From Narcine bancroftii (Eukaryota), in contig NC_091472.1 in the NCBI RefSeq assembly GCF_036971445.1, forward strand, positions 119,598,001 through 119,662,000: a stretch of 64,000 bases of DNA, written 5' to 3'. Shown one piece after another: positions 12,755-24,984 of this stretch. The notes below the pieces were generated by a model that worked only from the letters and a program-made list of their open reading frames with translations, had not been told where the DNA came from and did no database searches. Each line of letters begins with the position of its first letter. The stretch's first letter is position 1. The position numbers were made by a program, and so were the translations under genes.

Positions 12755-13650
12755 CTGATATTTATTGATACTAAAATTGGAGGTGTTGTGGGCCGTGAGG
12801 AAGGCTTTCAAAGCTTGCAGAGGGATCTGGACCAACTGGAAAAATGGACCAGAAAATGGCAGATGGAATTTAATGCAGACAAGTGTGAGGTGTTGGAGTC
12901 TGGAAGGACTTACCAAGGGAGAACATACATAGTAAATGGCAGGGCACAGAAGAGTGCAGAGGAACAAATGGATCTGGGAATACAGATACATAATTCCCTG
13001 AAAGTGGTGTCACAGGTAGGTAGGGTTGTAAAGAAAGTTTTTGGCATCTTGGCCTTCATAAATTGAAGTGTTGAGTATAGTCGCTGGGAAGTTATGGTGC
13101 GGCTGTACAAGACATTGGTGGGGCCAAATTTGGAGTATTGTGTGCAATTATGGTCACCGAACCATAGGAAGGATATCAGTAAGATTGATAGAGTGCAGAG
13201 AAGATTTACTAGGATGTTGCCAAGTCTTCAGGAGTTGAGTTACAGGGAAAGATTAAACAGGTTGAAACTTTATCCCTTGGAGCATAGAAGAATGAGGGGA
13301 GGTTTGATAGAAGTTTACAAAATTATGAGGGGAATAGACAGAGTAAATGCAAGTCGGCTCTTTCCACTTAGATTGGGAGAGATAAATATGAGGTCATGGC
13401 TATAGGGTGAAAGGGGAAAGGTTTAGGGAGAACTTCACTTAGAGAGAGGTTGGAGTTTGGAATGAGCGTCATCAGATGTTGCAAATGCGGGCTCACTCTA
13501 AAGTTTTAAGAATAAATTGGATGGATACATGGATGGGAGAGGTCTGGAGGATTATGGAATAGGCGCAGGTCAATGGGACTAGCAGAATAATGTTTCAGCA
13601 CAGACTAGAAACGCCTGTCTTCTGTGCTGTAGTTTTCTATGATTCTATGG
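12755..13650 (+). mobile_element. CR1 LINE ORF2 3' fragment
   Basis: DTKIGGVV...LQRDLDQLEKW...WQMEFNADKCEV and LYKTLVGPNLEYCVQLWSP...RVQRRFTRMLP, with stops and frameshifts; (TTCTA) tail. Confidence 0.9.
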
Positions 13651-14639
13651 TTTTATTACAAGGCACTTTCTGCTCTGACCTCTATCTATGTTTTAACAAA
13701 TAGATGATCTGGTTAACTGTTATGAGAACTCAGCTGCTGTGTTTTCCACATTGCAATGGTGACAGCACTTTACAAGTAGATCATTGTTTGTTCATTACTT
13801 TGCAACACTTTCACAATTTTACTGCCCTCTATTGCAGAGGCATGGATTTTAGGCGAGAGTGGAAAGATTTAAAAGGAACCTGAGGGGCACCTTCTTCAGA
13901 CAGGGTGGTGGGTGCATGGAATGAGCATCCAGAGGGAGTTCAGGAGGTAGGTACAAACAATCGTAACATGTAAAATCTATTTAGATCTCTTACCTCTGCT
14001 AGCCTGTGCTCCTCTCTCCTCCCCCAACCTTTTTTATTCAGGTGCCTGTCTGCTTAATAAGCCAATCAGCCCCAAAATGTTGGTTGCTCTTTGCTTCCTA
14101 TGGATGCTGCGTGACCTGCTGAGTTTCTCCAGCATTGTGTATTACATGTACATGTATAACTGAGGAGCTTGTGAGCCAAAAGAGCATCGAGAGAGCCAAA
14201 ATTTTGTTTGCATTTCGCCAACCACAGGAATTGGGAAATGAGGACCAGGACCTTCAGGCTGCTGTATTGGGGCATGTAATGTGAAGGAAATTTACTGAGG
14301 GCAAGATGATGTGAGGAAGGGGATGGAGTTCAAAATCTTGGTGAATGAAGCAACTGTGGTGCTGGACAATGGGAAAGTGTGGTCCAAGATGGAACTGCAA
14401 GGTTGAAAAATAGCTTCTTCCTGCAGGCTGTGAGATTAACAAATCATATCCTGTAACCAAGTAAATCATTCAAAAATGTTTATATATATTTATTTTAAAT
14501 GATATCTTTATTTGTGATGATTATGTGCTGCATGCTGTGTGTGTATGTGTGTGCACTGTGATCTGGAGAAATGCTGTTTCATCTGGTTGTATACGTACAG
14601 TCAGAATAACAATGAACAAACTTGTAAATGCAACTGGAA

Positions 14640-15260
14640 CCAGAACTATCTTGGAGGATCTTTCTCGGGCCCAACACACTAATGGCATTGTGAAGAAAGC
14701 ACATCAGTGTCTCTACTTCCTCAGAGGTTTCCAGAGGTTTGTTATGACGTCGGAAACCCTGGCAAATTTCTACAGATGTATGGTGGAAAGTGTGTCGACC
14801 AGCTGCATCATGGTCTGGTATGGGGACACCAATACCCCAGAGCATAAAGCTTTGCAAAAGTAGTGGATTCAGCCCAGGACATCACACGCAAAACTCTCCC
14901 CACCATCGAGAACATCTACAGGGAACGCTGCCGTCGGAGAGCAGCACCAATTATCAAGGATCCACACCAGCCAGCACATGCTTTATTCTGACTGCTGCCC
15001 ACCATCGAGAACATCTACAGGGAACGCTGCCGTCGGAGAGCAGCACCAATTATCAAGGATCCACACCAGCCAGCACATGCTTTATTCTGACTGCTGCCAT
15101 CAGGAAAGAGGTATAGTCGACGCAAGACTTGCACCAGCAGGTTCAGGAACAGCTGCTACCCCTCCACCATCAGACTCCTCAACAACAAATTCAATCAGAG
15201 ACTCATTTAAGGACTCTTACTTGTGCATTTATTGATTTTTATAATCCTCTTTGTATTCCA
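14640..15260 (+). mobile_element. Rex1/Babar-type LINE 3' fragment with an internal 99-bp tandem duplication
   Basis: VKKAHQCLYFLR...LANFYRCMVES...WYG peptide; duplicated unit starts at 14901 and 15000. Confidence 0.8.
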
Positions 15261-16109
15261 CATAGAGTATAGTTTACATAGAGTATAGTTATTTTTGCAC
15301 TGCCAATAAATTTTCCCATATGTACTCCAACAATAAATCTGAAATTTGGTGAGCGGTATTAGTGAACATTACAATTATGGTTGGGCAAAGTAGAGGCCAA
15401 AGCCATCAGCATACACATGACTTCTGATCCTGTGCAGGTGGAAGATGTTCCTGAGGCACACCATCTGGATGGTAATTGAGAAGGCACCAGGTTGTTCAGA
15501 TAACTCCAGTCTATCAGTGGAGATGAAACAGCTGCTTTAGGACCACAGACAGAATTCCAGAGACCATGGAAGATTAGAAGTGATTATTTGAGGCATTTTT
15601 TTGCAATATTTCTGTGGAGATTCCACCCACCTCTGACAAAATGTGGTTCCACCGTGCTTGAGGCTATCCTGAAAGGATCTGTAGAACCTCGGAAAAATAG
15701 ACTACTTTTTGTTCTGATACTTATCTTAGATACAGCTGTTGACAAACACTGTAGTTTAAAATATAATTATGCTAATTGCAGTAGATTTCTTGAGTTGGAG
15801 AACTTTAATCTGTGCACTACAGTTCATGTCCATGTTAATACAATAATGAGATTCTAGATTCCCTTCCTTCCCTGCTGTCAGTAACTATCTTTGAGGAAAC
15901 AGAAATGAGGCAGCAGAATAGATTTATCATTCTACTATTTAACAAATGTGGTAAACTCTTATTTTAGCCTGGATTACATTAGCCTGAATCTAGTAAATAT
16001 AGAATGAATATATCACAACATTTTTTTTCTTGAGAAGTCATGTTTTTATATGCAAACATGAGCTGCCTGCTGACACTCAGTTTGCTGCAGCCTGCTTTTG
16101 GTCAGGACA

Positions 16110-16790
16110 GGACATCAATACATTAGAAGGAGTCAAGAGAAGATTCACCAGGAAGTTGCCAAGGCTGGAGGGGTTGAATTAAAGGGAGAGGTTGGATAGA
16201 CTGGGTCTTTATTCCCAAGAGGGTAAAAGGCTATGAGTGATCTCATAGAAGTTTATAAAATCATGAGGGGCTTGGATAAAGTGAATGTTCTCAGTCTTTA
16301 TCTCAAGGGTAGATGATTCTAGAACTGAAGATCATACATTTAAGGTGTGAGGGGAAAGATTAAAAGGGGCCTGAGGGGCAACTTTTTCACTCAGACGATG
16401 GCCCATATATGAAATCAGCTATAGATGTGGGCACAATTCTGATATTCAAGAGACTTTGGACAGTTACAATAAAATCCCTGTTATCCAGAATTTAAGCAAC
16501 TAGCACGGAAAATAAATCAGTAAAGAATACAGAAGTTTAGAATTGGCATACCTTGCCACTAGTTCTCCATTCATGCAACATGCATTATCAAGCAACCGGA
16601 AAATTCACATATCTGGTATCTACCAATCCCAGTGGGTGCCAGATACCAGGGGCTTTACAGTATATGAATAGTAAGGATTTAGGATATGGACCAATTGCAG
16701 GCAAATGGGACTAGCCCAGAAGGTCAACTTGATTGGCATAGAATATGATTTGGGTCAAAGTGCCTGTTCTCTGCTATACGATTCCATTTG
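16110..16790 (+). mobile_element. CR1 3' fragment interrupted by a MITE
   Basis: CR1 motifs (agattcaccagg, gatctcatagaagtttataaaatcatgagggg) are continuous across the insertion. Confidence 0.7.
16467..16660. mobile_element. Pogo/Tigger-like MITE, 194 bp, TA TSD
   Basis: Imperfect TIRs CAATAAAATCCCTGTTATCCAG and CCAGATACCAGGGGCTTTACAG, with TA on both sides. Confidence 0.65.
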
Positions 16791-16904
16791 ATTTTCTGTA
16801 CCATTTTTATACTCTTTTCTGTGGACCATGCACTGGGCAAGTATATGTCTTGAATTATGAAAGGTACTTTGTTGAAAGGCCTTGTGCAAGAGACAGCTGT
16901 TCTC

Positions 16905-17115
16905 CAGTTCATTGGTTGGTAGAGTGATGTTAACTACACCTTGATCTTTGTCTTGCACACACAAATTTGTATGTTCTACCCCGTGACTTGCGTGCGTTTT
17001 CTCCAGGTGTTTCAGTTTCCTTTTGCTCTCCAAAAACATATGCAGTCAGCAGGTTAATTGGATGTAATTGGTGGCACAAGTTTTATGGAAGGATCTTTTC
17101 ATCATGATGTATCTT
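16905..17115 (+). mobile_element. V-SINE-like fragment
   Basis: tttgtatgttctaccccgtgacttgcgtgcgttttctccaggtg...tccaaaaaca resembles the V-SINE core. Confidence 0.55.
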
Positions 17116-17329
17116 TAAAAATAATAAAAACAACCAAGAAGCCATTAATTTGTATCAAAAAAAACATTCATGTTTCACAAGAATGACCTTGTAAAGGCAT
17201 TTCATCATTTATGAACATAGGTATCTGACATAACTGGTTGTTACCTGACCGGACCAGATATGCAGGCCAAAGGCAGATTAAAATGTATGAATGCTTCTGC
17301 AATTCAAAGAAAAAATTCTAAATGGTTTC

Positions 17330-17900
17330 TGGAACACAAATCATTACAGCACAATGTAGGCCCTTTGGCCCACAATGTTGTGCCAACCTATATAAACCTA
17401 CTCAATAATAAACCTTCCCTACCTCACACCCATAACCCTCAATTTTTCTTGCATCCATGTGCCTGTTTAAGTTGTTTGAATGCCCCTATTGGACCAGCCT
17501 CCACCACCACCCCCAGCAATGCATTCCAGCACCCACTACTCTCTGTGTTAAAAAACTTACCCTGATGTCTCCCCTAAATTTTCCTTCCCTCACCTTAAAC
17601 AGATGTCCTATGGTGTTTGCTACTCTCAACCCGGATAGAAGGTGCTGGGTGTCCACCCTACCTACGCCTCTTATAATTTTATAGACCTCTATTAAGTCTC
17701 CTCTCATCCTTCTACGGTCCAAAGAGAAAAGCCCAAGCTCCATTAACCTTGCCTCATAAGACATATTCTCCAATCCAGGCAACATCCTGAAAATTACCTC
17801 TGCAGCCTCTCCATAGATTCCACATCCTTTCTGTAATTAAGCAACCAGAACTGAACACAATATTCCAAATGTGGTCTAACCAGAGTTTCATAGAGCTGCT
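17330..17900 (-). mobile_element. CR1 LINE 3' fragment
   Basis: MLPGLENMSYEARLMELGLFSLDRRRMRGDLIEVYKII peptide. Confidence 0.88.
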
Positions 17901-18699
17901 ACTCCTTTCGGAGTGTGCACGTCTTGAACTGACAAAATGTGTAATGCTCATTCTGTCAACCAGTATTTCTTAAGCTGTAGTCTGTGCACCACTGGTGGTC
18001 AGTGGAGATGCAGCAAAGACAAATATTACTGATATAACAAAAGAGTAAAATGTAAAGCAAGGCTGTAAATTTGATGATAAATAAGCAAAAATTTTTTCCA
18101 GATATTTTCCCACAAAAACAAAACAAAAATCCCATTGGTGGTATGGGAAGGGGCTCAAACTCACCAAAACTGCCACCCACTGACTGATGGATTTATTATA
18201 GGTGGACTTTGGCAAGTAAAGGAACACTTAAGGCAGTCAGTGGCTCAAAAAGGCATTTGAGAACCAATGATTACAAGTAAACTCCATTGGCTACCTGGCC
18301 TGTTATAGGCTCTTATTGGGCCTGGAATTATATGGGTACATAGTAGAAATCTTATATCAATTGAGGAACCAATGAACATATTCCTTTTGGGGAATTTGCT
18401 CCCAGTTAACTTTGCCAATAGCATTATCCTTCAATTCATAGAAAATAGTCATTTGTCCAAAGGAATTTGGTACTGAGTTAATTACCAGAAAGGAAAGTAA
18501 AAGAAGCATATGGAGTACAACACAGACACAGGCCCTTTGGCCCATCTTGTCCATGCTGACCAAGTTGCTTTTTTGAGTTTGTCCCATTTCCCTATATTCC
18601 TCCAAACCTTTTACCCTTATTCATGTGCCTGCCCATGGAGATAAAAAGAACTGAACACAAGGGAGAGTATAGAAAGGAGTAAAACACGAAAGTCTGCAG

Positions 18700-18843
18700 A
18701 CACCGTGGTTGAAATGAAAACACAATACTGGAGAAACTCAGCAGGTCAAACAGTGTATTTTATGTAGCAAAGATAAAGGTACATAACCAAGGTTTTGGGC
18801 TTGAGCCCTTCATCAAGATTATGGACAAAATGTGGACAGGTTC
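18700..18843 (-). mobile_element. Penelope-type terminal repeat (representative copy; related copies near 3935, 4800, 8960, 10262, 14065, 30430, 36040, 41540, 42065, 48290, 56650, 57810)
   Basis: Shared ctggag(a/g)aactcagc(a/g)ggtc...gtttcggg...cccttcatcaag repeat carrying a hammerhead-like core. Several copies occur as inverted pairs. Confidence 0.6.
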
Positions 18844-19276
18844 TGTTAGGTCTGCTTTGTTCATGAATGAGTGAGACAAACACCAGGCTGAGTCGAAATC
18901 AGGGTTCTTTGTTCTTTATTACCGGATTGTAACACTTGCGACTAACCATGTTAGTCGGAGAATGCATTCTGCCGTTATCAGCAAAATGGTGATTTTTTAT
19001 ACCCTTGGATACATGCTTAGAACATCATCATATCATTACTTGTCCAATGACTAAAACTGTTGCTATCCTTTCCCTGCTAGCTTCCTGCCTCTCAATCCAT
19101 CAATGTCTCTCTTATCTTGTAAGTACAAGGATGCATTCACATCTTGTTACAGCCCTGCACATTCCCATCTCATGATGTTTTACCTAACAGGAGTACAAGG
19201 ACACCTCCCCTTCTTGTTACAGCCCTGTACAGGGTAACTCCTTACACATTCCCATCTCATGATGTTTTACCTTACA
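18844..19276 (-). mobile_element. Solo LTR, 433 bp, 4-bp TSD GTTC
   Basis: TG...CA termini, GTTC at 18840-18843 and 19277-19280, internal U3 direct repeats, TATA and AATAAA signals. Confidence 0.9.
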
Positions 19277-19659
19277 GTTCTCAAACAAAATGGTGGGGAG
19301 GGGAAAGGCAGGATGAGGAGCACAGTCCCACAGGAAGGACACACCAGCAAACAATGGTGGGGGGGGGGAGAATGCTCTGTGAATGGAGAGCTGAAGGAAA
19401 GAAGACAGAGGGATGGAGAAGAGAGAGGAAGAACCGGGAGTGAGTCAGCAGAAACCAGAGAACTCAATGTTTATGGAGAGCGCCAAGATGAAAATTAGGT
19501 GTGGATCCTCCAATCTTTGGGAGGTCTTGGTTTGGCACTTCATGAGGCCATAGGCAGACATGTCAGCCCAGGTGTAAGGCGTAGAATTGAACATCGGGGG
19601 ATTCTTAGTGAGGAGGGCAAAGAGGGGGCACAGAATATCAATGACATGCAAAATTATGG

Positions 19660-21630
19660 AAAACACCTAACATTCTATAAAGGCATGATGGTAACCAGGA
19701 TACGAGTGAAGGTGATTAGGGACATTGGGGAAACATTGAATGAATACAACCTATCTGTATTCACTAAGGACGTTGAATTTGGAGAATTCTGAGAAGGGAA
19801 ATGGTGAAGTTCTTGAACATATTATATATAAAAGGAGGAGATATTCATTATATTAGTGGGTTTAAAGGTAGATAAATCCCCATGGCTCAATAAGACACAT
19901 CCCATGCTGCCATAGGAGGTAAGAGATTGATGGGGAATTGACCAACCTTCACTGGCCACAGGTGAGGTGTCAGATGACCGGAAGGCAGCAAAAGTAGTTC
20001 CTTGATTCAAGGAAAGCACCAGGAATAAGCTAGTAATTACAGGTCTCTGAGTAATCAGAATCAGGATTTATTGTCATGAACAAGCCATGAAATTTGGTGT
20101 TTTGCGGCACCATCGTAGAGCAAACGTTCATATTATAACCATCTTATAACATCACTATATAAAAATAATAATATCAATAAGAGTGGTTGAAAAGTAAGGC
20201 AAAGAACCTGTCCACATTTTGTCCATAATCTTGATGAAGGGCTCAAGCCCAAAACCTTGGTTATGTACCTTTATCTTTGCTACATAAAATACACTGTTTG
20301 GTTCATTGATTATTCAGGAATCTGATGGCAGCGGGGAAGAAGTTGTCCTTGTGCCGTTGAGTGCTTGTCTTTAGGCTCTTGTACATTTTCCCCAATGGTA
20401 ACAGAGTGAAGAGGGTGTGGCCTGGGTGGTGGGGTCTTTGAGGATAGAGGTTGCTTTTTTAAGACACCACCTCATTTAAGTGTCCTTGATGGAGTGAAGT
20501 CTGGTGCCTGTGATGTCGCAGGCCGAGTTAACAACCCTCTGAAGTTTATTTTTGTCCAGAGAGTTGGCATCTCCGTACAAGGCAATGATGCAACCAGCCA
20601 GAATGCTCCTCGTGGTACACCTGTAGAAGTTTGCAAGAGTCTTCAGACACATACCTAACCACGTCAGACACCTCACAAAGTATAACCGCTGGTGAGCCTT
20701 CTTTGTGATTGCATCAACATGGAGGCTCCAGGACAGATCCTCGAAGATGTTGACACCCAGGAATTTGAAGTTCTTGACCTTCTCCAATACTGAGGCTTTG
20801 TGGAGGACTGGGCTGTGTTCCCCTGACTTCCTCCTGAAGTCCAAAATCATCTCCTTGGTTTTGCTGACGTTGAGCCCAAGGTTGCTGTCATTACACCACT
20901 CAACGAACTGATCTATCTCCTGTACGCTTCCTCATTGCCGTTTGTGAATCTGCCAATGACTGTGGTGCAAACTGATGGCATTGGGATTATGTCTGGCCAC
21001 ATAGTCATGGGTGTATAATGAGTAGAGCAGTGGGCTAAGCACACATCCTTGGGGTGCGCCTGTGTTGATGATCAGTGAGGAGGAGACGTTGTTTCCAATT
21101 CGTACTGACTGGGATCTTCCAATGAGAAAGTCAAGGATCCAGTTCCAGAATGAAGTATAGAGGCCTACAGTTTGTTGCTTCTTGACCAAAACTGAGGGAA
21201 TAATGGTGTTGAAGGTCGAGCTGTAGTCAATGAAGGGCAGCCATATGTATGAATTGCTGTTTTCGAGGTGATCCAGAGCTGAGTGGAGAGCCAGTGATAT
21301 TGCACCTGCTGTGGAGCGATTGTGACGATAGGCAAATTGTCAGTCATAGGGAAAGTTATGGGCATATTCTAAGGGACTGGATTAATTCACACTTGCAAAG
21401 ACAAGGATTAATCAAAGGTGATCAGCATGGTTGTGTTTGAGGGAGATCCTTGATGACCATTTGATACCAGTAACAAAACATATTATCAAAGGCAATGTGG
21501 CTGATGTGGCCTGCAGGGAATTCACTAAGGTCTTTGACAAGGCTCCGCACAGGAAACTAGTCCGAAAGGTTAACGTCCCATGCAGGCTGACAAATTGGAT
21601 ACAAAAATGGCTTGGTAACAGGAGGCAAAG
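19660..21630 (+). mobile_element. Degenerate CR1 ORF2 fragment (~19660-20050 and ~21340-21630) split by a Rex-type LINE
   Basis: CR1 RT motifs on both sides (gataaatcccc...attacagg; QHG...FTKVFDKAPHRKLV). Confidence 0.6.
20054..21340 (-). mobile_element. Rex1/Babar-type LINE 3' fragment
   Basis: WILDFLIGRSQSVRIG...NTGAPQGCVLSPLLYSLYTHD and MILDFRRK...FKFLGVNIFEDLSWS...QRLYF peptides. Confidence 0.88.
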
Positions 21631-21669
21631 TATCTGGACAAGCACTTGAATCTTCGAGGCATAGAAAGC

Positions 21670-21975
21670 TATGTATTAAGGAGCTTCCATCATCAAGGAC
21701 CCTCACCACCCAGACCATGCCCTCTTCTCACTGCTACCATCAGAAGGAGGTACAGGAGCATGAAGAAGAGCACCCAGCAGTACAAAAATAGCTTCTTCCC
21801 CCTCCGCCATCAGATTTCTGAATGGACAATGAACCTCCAACACCATCTCACTTTTTACCTTCTTTTGCATGAATGTATTTATTTTTAAAATGTAATTTAT
21901 AGCAACTTTTGATGTGATGTTGCCGCAAAACAAATAAGTTTGACATATGTTCATGACAATAAATTTTGATTCTGA
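21670..21975 (+). mobile_element. Rex-type LINE extreme 3' end
   Basis: catcaaggaccctcaccaccc...catgacaataaattttgattctga, shared with the other copies. Confidence 0.7.
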
Positions 21976-22059
21976 TCAAAGGATTAGTGGAGATGGGTAC
22001 TTGTCAGCATGGCCAGGGAGGCCAATGGGCCTGTTTCCGTACTCCATGATTCAATGATT

Positions 22060-22500
22060 AGAGTATAGGGAGAGATTGGACAGATTAGGTCTTTATTCTT
22101 TGGAGCATAGAAGGTTGAGAGGGGATTTGATAGAAGTATTTAAGATTATGAAAGGGATAGACAGAGTGGATGTGGATAGACTATTTCCGTTAAGAGGAGG
22201 AAAGATTAAAACAAGAGGACATGAGTTAAGAATTAAGGGGCAGAGGTTTAGAGGTAACATGAGGGGGAACTTCTTTACTCAGAGAGTGGTAGCCGTGTGG
22301 AATGAGCTTCCGGGAGAAATAGTGGCGGCGGAGTCAATTGTATTATTTAAGAAAAGGTTGGACAGGTATATGGATGAGAAGAAGATGGAGGGTTATGGGC
22401 ATTGTGCAGGGAGGTGGGACTAGAGAGGGGTGTTTGGTTCGGTGCGGACTAGAAGGGCCTAATGGCCTGTTTCCGTGCTGTAATTGTTATGTTAATTTAT
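22060..22500 (+). mobile_element. CR1 LINE 3' end, relatively intact
   Basis: Open frame DRLGLYSLEHRRLRGDLIEVFKIMKGIDRV...FFTQRVVAVWNELP...FKKRLDRYMD; (TTATG) tail. Confidence 0.9.
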
Positions 22501-23289
22501 GTTAAAAAATATATTACAAATAGAGGCATGGCTAATGTGAAATTAAGAAGCACAGCACGCAAAAGGGTTTTGAAACCCATCTACCTGAAGAGGATGTTGA
22601 TTGGAGCCTTCATAGTTGAGATCAGTAGATCAGGACTGGGTAAGAGCTTTAAGGGTTTTTGGGGGATGGCTTGAGGCACTAATCATGCCCAATGTAATTA
22701 AAAGACAAGGGTGCTAATCAGTGCTTCAAGCTATCCTCATAACCCCTTCAACGTCAAATCAAGGTCATTTCTATTTCTCCATGGTTGTGGAATTGCTACA
22801 TATGCTTGCCAATTATTATATCAGAAGTTGTTCCAAATGGTAATGCAGGCAAATCATGTAAGCACTTGTTGAAGACCATGGTGTAATTCTTGGAATTAGG
22901 TCTTTGTTTTGATGCTTGACTTAACCATGTACAAATCTATGAGGTTCTAGTTATTTGCTATGAACATGAATTATAAAATGAATTGATAAAGTCATCAGTA
23001 AGTACAGACCCACTCTTGTTTTGGACTGTTGTGGCATTCTTCAAACAATGCAACTCTCAGTTGTCTTCCTCTGGTTGCTTGTTTAACAAGAGGGGCACAT
23101 AGATGAACAAAATGAAGTGTTTGCCAAAGAATCAACTCAAAGGTTCAGTCAAGGGTGAAAACTTCTGGATTTATTTTTATTTTTGAATCGCTCTGTGCAA
23201 ATCAAACATTTATTAAAATGATTAGCTATGCAGTTGTCAGTTCCACATCATTAGACAACTAAATGTTAGTATGAACTTTATTTATTAAA

Positions 23290-23556
23290 TGAAATTAAAT
23301 GAGACATACAGCACGGTAATAGGCCAATTCGGCCCTACCAGTCCATGCTGCCCCAAATTATATCCCACTAACCTACACCCCGGTACTTTTTTTTTTGAAG
23401 GGTAAGAGGGAACCAGAGCCCCCAAGAAAACCCACACCAACATGGGGAGAATGTACAAACTCCTTACAGACAGTGTGGGATTGGAACCCATGTCCGGTCC
23501 CGATCGCTGGCGCTGTGAAGGTGTTGGACTAACTGCTACGCCAACCATGCTTCCCT
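23290..23556 (-). mobile_element. tRNA-derived V-SINE with CR1-like tail
   Basis: A-box tggcgtagcagttag, B-box ggttccaatcc, V-core ggagtttgtacattctcccc, tail gggccgaattggcctattaccgtgctgtat. Confidence 0.75.
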
Positions 23557-23969
23557 GTGGTTGGACATAATAATGAGTTTCATCATTTTTAGAATTAGCT
23601 TGCTGAGTGATTTGTAAAGCTGAGTGCACTTTAAAACTACTGTTGCTATCAGTCTTCCAACACAATATCTATCTCACTTGTGATTTACACTGGGATTTAA
23701 TTTTCAGTTAATTGGAGATAAGCGTTTGCTAATATTGTGCAGTGAACCTAATTAAAGTGGGGAACAGCCAACTCTTGTAACATCAATCCAGTACCACACC
23801 TAAACTGGTCTATTTATCTACTAATATTTTATGGGTACTCTGGACTGCAGCATAGAGTATACCAAATAAAAAGTCAAAGAACACATCATTATTTCCACTC
23901 ATAAAGTTAAAATTGAAAGCAAATACCTTTGTATAAAATTGAAATATTGCTGATTGATGTCAGTCATAT

Positions 23970-24415
23970 GCACTGTATCATCAATACAGTGTAATAGTCA
24001 ACCCACCTCACCCACCCCCCCCCCAACCTTTTTTGGCCCAAAACATCGGCTGTCTTTGTATGACCTGTGTAAAAGTTGACCACCCTCCCTATTTTTGGTC
24101 CCGACTGCCTGCCCATCTGAGCTCCCAATGCCCCAACAATGGGCGCTTGCCACAGCTGCCTGCCCTCCGGAGCTTCTGATGCCACGGCCACGGACCCTCG
24201 CCCAGGCTGCCTGCCCACCAGAGCTCCTGATGCCCAGACACGGATCCCTTGCCTCGGCCGGCACCTGCCCATTAGAGTTCCTGATGCTCCAGCCACCCCC
24301 CCCTCTGAGCATCTGACCGCAGATTCTCGCCCCAGCCCCCCACCCATCCAAGCTCCTGGCTGTGGATCCTCACCCTGGCTGCCCACCCATCCAAACTCCT
24401 GATTGTGGATCCTCA
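23970..24415. repeat. GC-rich diverged minisatellite (~45-bp unit), probably inside a truncated DNA transposon
   Basis: Recurring ctgcctgccc...gagctcctgatgccc units at ~24100-24415, preceded by tgtaatagtcaacc and gtgtaaaagttgacc subterminal-type repeats. Confidence 0.55.
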
Positions 24416-24735
24416 CCAAGAAATCTCTTGGTGCCTGCCACATTGACCACCACCAGTGGGCTGATATCGCCTCAAACCGTGCATCTTGGCGCCTCACAGT
24501 TCGGCGGGCAGCAACTTCCTTTGAAGAAGACCGCAGAGCCCACCTCACTGACAAAAGACAAAGGAGGAAAAACCCAACACCCAACCCCAACCAACCAATT
24601 TTCCCTCGCAACCGCTGCAACCGTGTCTGCCTGTCCCGCATCGGACTTGTCAGCCACAAATGAGCCTGCAGCTGACGTGGACATTACCCCTCCATAAATC
24701 TTTGTCCGCGAAGCCAAGCCAAAGAAGAAAAGAAA
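24415..24735 (+). mobile_element. RTE-clade LINE 3' end
   Basis: KKSLGACHIDHHQWADIASNRASWRLTV...RCNRVCLSRIGLVSH (RTE C-terminal zinc-finger-like region); (GAA)-rich tail. Confidence 0.8.
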
Positions 24736-24984
24736 AACATTAATATACAACAACAAAATAAGAGGACAGGAGGGAGGAGGCAAGGTCAGCATAACATTTC
24801 CAGTTCAACTGATATTCTTGTAAAATTAGATAATTCCATGGTAAAGAAGTTAATCTTCATCATTTGCTTTGATGAAATATGGGCATACCGTACAGGCGTG
24901 CCTGGAATGGGCTGCCAGGAGTAGTGTGGAAGCAGATTTGACAGTAGGGTTAAAGAGGCTTCTAGGTGTACATATGAATATAGA

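Noticed and set aside
23964-24659. 231-aa minus-strand ORF
   Set aside because: Antisense of an RTE fragment plus a GC-rich minisatellite.
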